Source of the DNA: a virus
IMG/VR virus record: IMGVR_UViG_3300021335_000011
Location: 1 to 64,000 of that record
Direction: 5' to 3' (one strand)
Length of the DNA stretch: 64,000 nt
Positions 60,001-64,000 of this stretch are shown here, piece after piece. A program made the translations under genes and the position numbers. The notes beneath the pieces are model-generated. The model was not told where the DNA came from and searched no databases. It worked only from the letters and a program-made list of their open reading frames with translations. Numbering within the stretch: position 1 is the first letter of the stretch; each line of letters starts with the position of its first letter.

Positions 60001-62391
60001 GTAGGTTATATTACCGATGCATCATTTGATGACTTTGAATCAAGAGAATTTATTGGTAATCAAGGTGGGTTAACAGATAAAGTATATTCATTTATTGTCC
60101 CGGTTGGAGTTACAACTATTTCTGCTGTCGCCATTGCTGGTGGTGGTGGAGGTGGTGAGGCAGCATCTGGCACAGATGGTGTAGGTGGCGGTGGTGGTCT
60201 ATCGTACGATACTTCTCTTGCTGTTACTCCAGGTGAAACACTTACAATTACAGTTGGCCATAGCGGCAATGGCGGTATGGCACCTAGCGATCCACCTAAT
60301 TCTATCGGTACCGGTGACACGGCTAATAACACGACTATTAAAAGAGGTTCTACTGTATTATTGCAAGCCAATGGTGGTACAGGTGGTAGTGGAGGTACTA
60401 ATGGTACCGGTGGATCTGGTGGTACAACTTTATCATACGATGGTGGTGGTAATGGTGGAGTTCGTGGAGCAGGTCAATATACTGGTAACGGTGGATCTTC
60501 AGGATCTGCGAGTCTCTTAGGAACATCAAGTACAGATTATTTGTATGGTGAAGGTGGTGCAGGCTACAGCCATGGCCAAAAGGGTGCAGTAAGAATTATT
60601 TGGGGCACTGGTAGATCTTATCCAGATACAAATATTGTACAAACGTTCTTGAACGTATATAGTAGTGGAATTGATTCAGCTGCTGTTATAAGTCTTATTG
60701 ACTCAAATTATGTAAGACAAAGAGTTACTAAATCTGATCTCGATATGGAAGGGAATAAAGTTCTCTTTGCAAATGTTTATGATTCAACCGGAGCTTTGCC
60801 AAGTGCAACCACTTATCATGGCATGTTTGCTCATGTTCATGCCACTGGTGCAGGATATTTTGCTCACGCTGGTAACTGGACAAGATTAGCTAATCAATCG
60901 GAAGTAAGTTCATACGATTCAACAAATACTATCGGCATAATAGATTCTGCATATGTTCAAGCTAGACAAACATCTGGTGGTGGTGGAACAGTCGATAGTG
61001 CAGATATTATTGCGATTGTTGATAGTGCATATGTTCAAGCTAGACAAACATCTGGTGGCGGAGGCGGAGGCGGAGGCCTAGATTCTGCTCTCGTATCACA
61101 ATTAATTGATTCAGATTATATTGCTACAAAGGTAGACTTTACTCGTGGAGAATTTACTACACAAAGATCGCAGTATACAGCGACAGCATCGCAAACAGTA
61201 TTTAATCATAGCTCAATTGATGCTACTCATCTTGACGTCTATCTTAATGGTATCTTGCAAGTGGTCAATGATGATTACACTGCCAATACATCCGCCGTTA
61301 CCTTCACAACAGGTGTCGACAGCGGATACAGCGTCTCAATTATTGAAAGGCGTGGACGTGTCGCTACCCAACGAGGACTAGTTGAAAGTAAATATTACTT
61401 TACTACACCGACACCAATCACATCAATTACCGGTGTTGATGATAATGGTGTTACACTTGATTACTCAAATGGAAATTTAGATGTCTACTTGAATGGTATT
61501 CTTCTAAAAGATTCAGATGATTATTCTACCAATGCTGGTACTACAGTAACTCTTATATCTGCCACAGATTCAAATGATCTTGTTACTCTTATCAATCGTA
61601 AGGGTGTAGTCGTAACACCAAATGTAGAGAATTATGAATTTACTGCTACCGCTAATCAAACGGTGTTTAGCGGTTCAGACATTAATGGTAATACTTTATC
61701 ATATGCACCTGGTGCAATTCAAGTTTATATGAATGGTATTCTGCTTCGAGCTGTTGATTACACGTCAACAACTGGTTCTAGTATTATACTTGCTACAGCA
61801 GCTGCAGCTAATGATGAAGTTGTTGTATCAGCATTTAGTAATCCTGGTCAGAATATGGAGCTGTATAAGTTTACCGCAGATTCTGGTCAAACCATTTTTA
61901 GCGGTAATGATATTGTAGGTGCTTCACTTGCATATCAGCCTGGTAACATTCAGGTATTCATGAATGGCTTGTTATTAAATGATTCAGATGATTACAACGC
62001 CTTAAACGGTATGTCAGTTGTTCTAACATCTGGCGCCGATGCAAGCGATGAAATTAAAGTTGCATCTTTTGTATCGAATACAAATGCAATTAGAACAAAT
62101 GCATGGACTGCGCCAAGCGGAACACCGGTTGCAGCATCTGCTGGTGATAAGTTATTCATTGATGTTTCATCTTCTGCAAAGACTGTGACACTTCCATCAT
62201 CTGCAAGTATGGGTGATGAGATTCGAATCATTGATGTGACAGGAAATGCAGCAACAAACAATATTACAGTCGCACGAAATGGACATAATATTCAGGGTTC
62301 ATCAAGCGATCTAACTATTAACATTAACAGAGCTGGTATCGGATTGGTTTATTACAATTCCGCTCAAGGTTGGGTACTGATAGAGAACTAA
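54049..62391 (+). CDS. Giant modular tail fibre protein (2780 aa)
   Basis: LKRSS..GELAINFADGKIYYK N-terminus, EGxNLYYT repeats, many IDSAYVxAR repeats, cupredoxin-like and Gly-rich domains, and five V(Y/F)(L/M)NG repeats. Confidence 0.85.
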   Translation: MTTPKVLLKRSSVVGRVPQSGDLDYGELAINFADGKIYYKDNSNTIKAFIDSARTQSLIDAVNQAAENQLDSAEVIDLIDSAYVQLRQSYNALTLGGDSGDYYRNYHNLYNKPLILDIVDIQNIIDNYVNQTFVDNLNVDADTLDGLNSTQFLRSDSDTRLTADLIIDSNLTVGGDATFNNNVTLSGNLYGPATMYIDPAAHDSDTGRVIIRGDLQVDGTQTIVNSTTVSINDKNIVLADSATNAAEADGAGITVNGANANITYNAAEDEWQFNKKTQTPNLEVTNVIDATTVNTTNITATTINTTNITGNYTNFDSDFDSALGTKTTTDVAEGTNLYYTTTRADSDFDVRITTKTTNNLTEGDNLYYTTARADSDARSALSANKVSGFGNLTYDSAAGKFSYTGISTQEIRNRFAAQGDLSYDSATGVFSIDVENVYTKTNFDSDLGDASTTDLPEGSNLYYTKTRVDSDFDARFAGKSTDNLAEGNTNLYYTTTRHDSDTRVLVDSAYVQARVDSSFIATIADLTFLDSGDALQLIDSSHVQLKAKGLDYNVLSNKPALIDSTLVTQLIDSTYIRVTIDSAHIENVINNSTTVFVNNVDSAYVQLKAKNLDYNVLSNKPNLIDSGLVEGLVDSAYVQLHAKGLNYNVLSNKPNVLDSSDIVSIIVSETLDSDLIINLVDSAYIQLRDRFQDSAGVKAVIDSAYVRARVKTNQDLRTTDSVTFAGINVLANSITFGESDATMTYLPDSDMIQFNKPVKGDNVEFTGATIQSDSSTFNGLYVYDNRLGQKDWVARFSRRQNEYSSPAVVLISTDAEERSDIAFEIRGNANSNLLGPEFDDKFHDDSNTKFAIYGSGHTLIGYSNLPGGVGALYPYSMLSGDNNVKLQVNYGISVDSNLVFHEGNYKTYIDSAYIEARRPAETIFSVGGDGSNYVFSGDGFPSNANDPTLYLTRGKTYKFTNISSSHPFEIRLSNGGAAYSDGVTNNGGSGTVEFTVPMNAPTSLVYQCTVHGGMVGDIVINAAAGLDSAQIINLIDSAYVQLRDSSSSGGGGGGGGVDSATTIALIDSAYVKARVDHNANEVLIFGDDQQVAGTLAQSNTSVVSFFNSIYPDGQFIASYNYASGGLPIGQWLYAYYWVNSGHGYFQVVSKTDLGNGTYRYYCENSAGNPAPNWAGGWTNYVVIASTVGAKDKALRISHQTNGDYLFFDGRRNFYFSQNDSDQRNFKIELTGTSALEMVGGKHIHYGNSYDSDGDFPNASVFKGMVAHAKNNDALYYANDSGVWTTIAGTGAQAFQDSAVVVGLIDSDYILNKKFVPGDAERRWNITSAAPAGAQAVAVGDYWLDRDTEVLYKLTTDTNWTTTLPAGTFTAEAGLTSNNWFANGVGGDPATINQGPPGPVGTFNRTFLMGTSPYNSGGRYTFTQPVNFGYFQIGNLASGHIYSVGYTDGSYMVSNTGINGSKTATPSSYTWYDANGVSLGQTVAAGSGFRNYSHPNGTLATYIVIGRNNYGTRGYSCYMFFSGASSWQRIGEIYDSGDIKNVIDSAYVTGISGSGGSGSGLDSAAVTTLIDSAYVQARQTAGGGGTDSAAVQTLINAAIDSGAVPFTQNYFHFTSDSGHKIYSGFDDDSDSLTYTTGALTVYLNGILLVDSVDYTATNGTSIVLTDSAELGDILTVQTFAGNSLGLDSAKAINLIDSAYIAARTTAGTDSAAIINLIDSAYVQARQAAASSGVDSAVVISLIDSAYVNQRVSFTGPSSSRTSLGLTGVTTGSNNATWTFNTDASAENFKLLIDGVYLASSATGSVLGFKDAGGKYFSVGDNYNSHNFTRSVVAVRTNNAVTLSWSGGLAYSWANFTDYSGGFSAAFTANGGTLPLVSVYSPKITNGQPGSFTTPYVVGDATTGNGAGVFGTNTTNYGALVTVAASATYLSLTNVIDSAYVEARVNALDSAEAINLIDSAYVRARQNFAYSALTSTPTDLSDFDNDVGYITDASFDDFESREFIGNQGGLTDKVYSFIVPVGVTTISAVAIAGGGGGGEAASGTDGVGGGGGLSYDTSLAVTPGETLTITVGHSGNGGMAPSDPPNSIGTGDTANNTTIKRGSTVLLQANGGTGGSGGTNGTGGSGGTTLSYDGGGNGGVRGAGQYTGNGGSSGSASLLGTSSTDYLYGEGGAGYSHGQKGAVRIIWGTGRSYPDTNIVQTFLNVYSSGIDSAAVISLIDSNYVRQRVTKSDLDMEGNKVLFANVYDSTGALPSATTYHGMFAHVHATGAGYFAHAGNWTRLANQSEVSSYDSTNTIGIIDSAYVQARQTSGGGGTVDSADIIAIVDSAYVQARQTSGGGGGGGGLDSALVSQLIDSDYIATKVDFTRGEFTTQRSQYTATASQTVFNHSSIDATHLDVYLNGILQVVNDDYTANTSAVTFTTGVDSGYSVSIIERRGRVATQRGLVESKYYFTTPTPITSITGVDDNGVTLDYSNGNLDVYLNGILLKDSDDYSTNAGTTVTLISATDSNDLVTLINRKGVVVTPNVENYEFTATANQTVFSGSDINGNTLSYAPGAIQVYMNGILLRAVDYTSTTGSSIILATAAAANDEVVVSAFSNPGQNMELYKFTADSGQTIFSGNDIVGASLAYQPGNIQVFMNGLLLNDSDDYNALNGMSVVLTSGADASDEIKVASFVSNTNAIRTNAWTAPSGTPVAASAGDKLFIDVSSSAKTVTLPSSASMGDEIRIIDVTGNAATNNITVARNGHNIQGSSSDLTININRAGIGLVYYNSAQGWVLIEN
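60948..61058 (+). repeat. 33-bp direct repeat within the fibre gene
   Basis: TGCATATGTTCAAGCTAGACAAACATCTGGTGG at 60948 and 61026. Confidence 0.8.
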
Positions 62392-62392
62392 T

Positions 62393-64000
62393 ATGACAAA
62401 TTTAACTGACATTAGAAGTAATGCAATATCAGCGGCAGGTGCCGGATTAACTGTATATGCAACAAAAGAAGATCTACCATCAAGTGGATTAACTTCTGGT
62501 GATCAGGCTTATGTGACTGCTAACTCTCGTCTGTATGTTTCAAACGGTTCTGGTTGGTATAACATTGCACTGATTAACGCAACTCCGTCTCTGTCAATTG
62601 ATCCTACTGGTGTTATAGCACTTGCGAAAGATGGTTCAACACCAACAGTAATTACTCTTACAGCTACTGACTCTGATAATGCTGTATCTGGATTAACATT
62701 TACCGTTGATTCAGATGGAAGCTTTGGCGGTATGGCCACGATTAGCCAAGATTCGAGTGTATTTACTATCACACCGTTAAGTGAAGATAGCGCCACGACT
62801 TCATCAGCAACGTTGACATTCAAGGCATCAGATGGTATTAACTTTGGATCTGGTGATAGAACACTTACTCTACTTTTTGAAATTCCTAATTCCCAATATA
62901 CTACCTTTTTACTTCAAACTGATGCATCTCAATCAGATACACAAATCGATGCTTCTACTAATGCACATACACTAACACAATATAATAATGTAACTTCTGA
63001 TGCATTTACTCCATATCATCCTGGTGGATACGCAACGTATTTTGGCTCAGCTACAGATGGTATCACAACAGATCTTTCTCCAGCAACTGGAGATTGGACA
63101 ATAGAAGGATGGGTTTGTCACACAGCAAACACCGGTACAGGAAATCAAAATAGAATATTTGGCGCTGGTACGAATGATCCACTTTTGAATAACACAGGTT
63201 TAAATGGTCATAATTTTACAATCGGAAATAACCAGAAATTCAGTGTAAGTCAAAATTTTGCTATCGGTCAATGGTATCATTTTGCCATTGTAAGAACCAT
63301 ATCAGATACGACAATAAGATTTTATGTTGATGGAGTAGAAAAGGCATCACATACTGCTGCAAGTGGCCATGATATACCAACTAAATCGGCATTTTCTGTA
63401 GGTCGTGATAATGGATTTACTAGTTATGGAATGACAGGCCTTATTAAAGATTTTAGATATGTAATTGGCACTGCAGTATATACATCAGCATTTACTCCGC
63501 CAACTCAGCCTTTAACTGCGATTAGTGGAACAGATCTACTATTATGTAGTTTGCCCTATATAGCTGACGCGTCTGGTAATGATAATGCAATTACACAAAC
63601 AAGTTCAGTATTTACGCAAGTCAGCACCCCATATCCATTAGGATCTGCATACAATAGAGATACACACCTTGGTTCTACAATATTTGATGGAACTGATGAT
63701 TATATCGAAGGTCCTTCTGTAGACTTAATGGGAGATGGCGCATTTACAGTTGAATGTTGGACAAAAGTGAATTCAAGTGGTGGCACTTATACAGATGCAT
63801 TCTTAGCACAATACCAAACAAATAATAAATTTATCTTAGGTGTAAAATCAAATGTCACTCGAGTTTGGATGGGTGGATCTGAGGTTAGAGTAGGTACTAC
63901 TAACATTGTTGGTGGAGATTGGAATCATATTGCATTAGTTAGAAATGCAAGTAACTCATGTCAACTTTATGTTAATGGTAAGGCTGATGGCGCAGCATTT
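62393..64000 (+). CDS. LamG/concanavalin-A-like fibre or receptor-binding protein, 3'-truncated
   Basis: ATG 62393 (MTNLTDIRSNAISAAG...). Motifs GDWTIEGW, WYHFAIVR, FTVECW and WNHIALVR. No stop seen before the window end. Confidence 0.8.
   Translation, partial: MTNLTDIRSNAISAAGAGLTVYATKEDLPSSGLTSGDQAYVTANSRLYVSNGSGWYNIALINATPSLSIDPTGVIALAKDGSTPTVITLTATDSDNAVSGLTFTVDSDGSFGGMATISQDSSVFTITPLSEDSATTSSATLTFKASDGINFGSGDRTLTLLFEIPNSQYTTFLLQTDASQSDTQIDASTNAHTLTQYNNVTSDAFTPYHPGGYATYFGSATDGITTDLSPATGDWTIEGWVCHTANTGTGNQNRIFGAGTNDPLLNNTGLNGHNFTIGNNQKFSVSQNFAIGQWYHFAIVRTISDTTIRFYVDGVEKASHTAASGHDIPTKSAFSVGRDNGFTSYGMTGLIKDFRYVIGTAVYTSAFTPPTQPLTAISGTDLLLCSLPYIADASGNDNAITQTSSVFTQVSTPYPLGSAYNRDTHLGSTIFDGTDDYIEGPSVDLMGDGAFTVECWTKVNSSGGTYTDAFLAQYQTNNKFILGVKSNVTRVWMGGSEVRVGTTNIVGGDWNHIALVRNASNSCQLYVNGKADGAAF

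Noticed and set aside
52900-61100. CRISPR array or DGR template/variable repeats
   Set aside because: The repeats are in-frame protein repeats with synonymous variation. There is no regular spacer pattern, no adenine-specific mismatch pattern noticed and no reverse transcriptase or cas gene.
52159-62823. Many 60-115 aa antisense or alternate-frame ORFs in the fibre genes
   Set aside because: They lie inside long, well-supported genes and are explained by codon bias.

Overview
A 64-kb segment of a large T4-like myophage genome, probably marine. Sigma70-type promoters and strong GGAG Shine-Dalgarno (SD) sites suggest a proteobacterial-type host (inference). Layout: (1) 1-7.3 kb, an AT-rich island of methyltransferases, three GT25 and two other glycosyltransferase-like genes, two fatty-acid desaturases and a class-III aminotransferase. 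(2) 7.4-15 kb, an early region of small ORFs behind a repeated TGTACA-N17-TA(T/G)AAT promoter, with three candidate structured RNAs, an FkbM methyltransferase, a lipoprotein, a FabF-like ketosynthase, gp33 and gp32. (3) 16-42.7 kb, the tail/baseplate module under TATAAATA late promoters. (4) 42.7-51.1 kb, an inverted 13-gene modification operon. (5) 51.2-64 kb, fibre genes including a 2780-aa protein. Main signals: Asp-Ser (mostly DSA/DSD) is strongly enriched only in peripheral virion proteins, beside about 10 glycosyltransferase-like genes, suggesting a phage-encoded virion O-glycosylation system; gp26 appears fused to gp51 by a lambda G/GT-like -1 frameshift; and one hairpin loop is complementary to the RBS of the early-promoter cassettes. 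All calls are by-eye motif recognition. No searches were run and counts are approximate.
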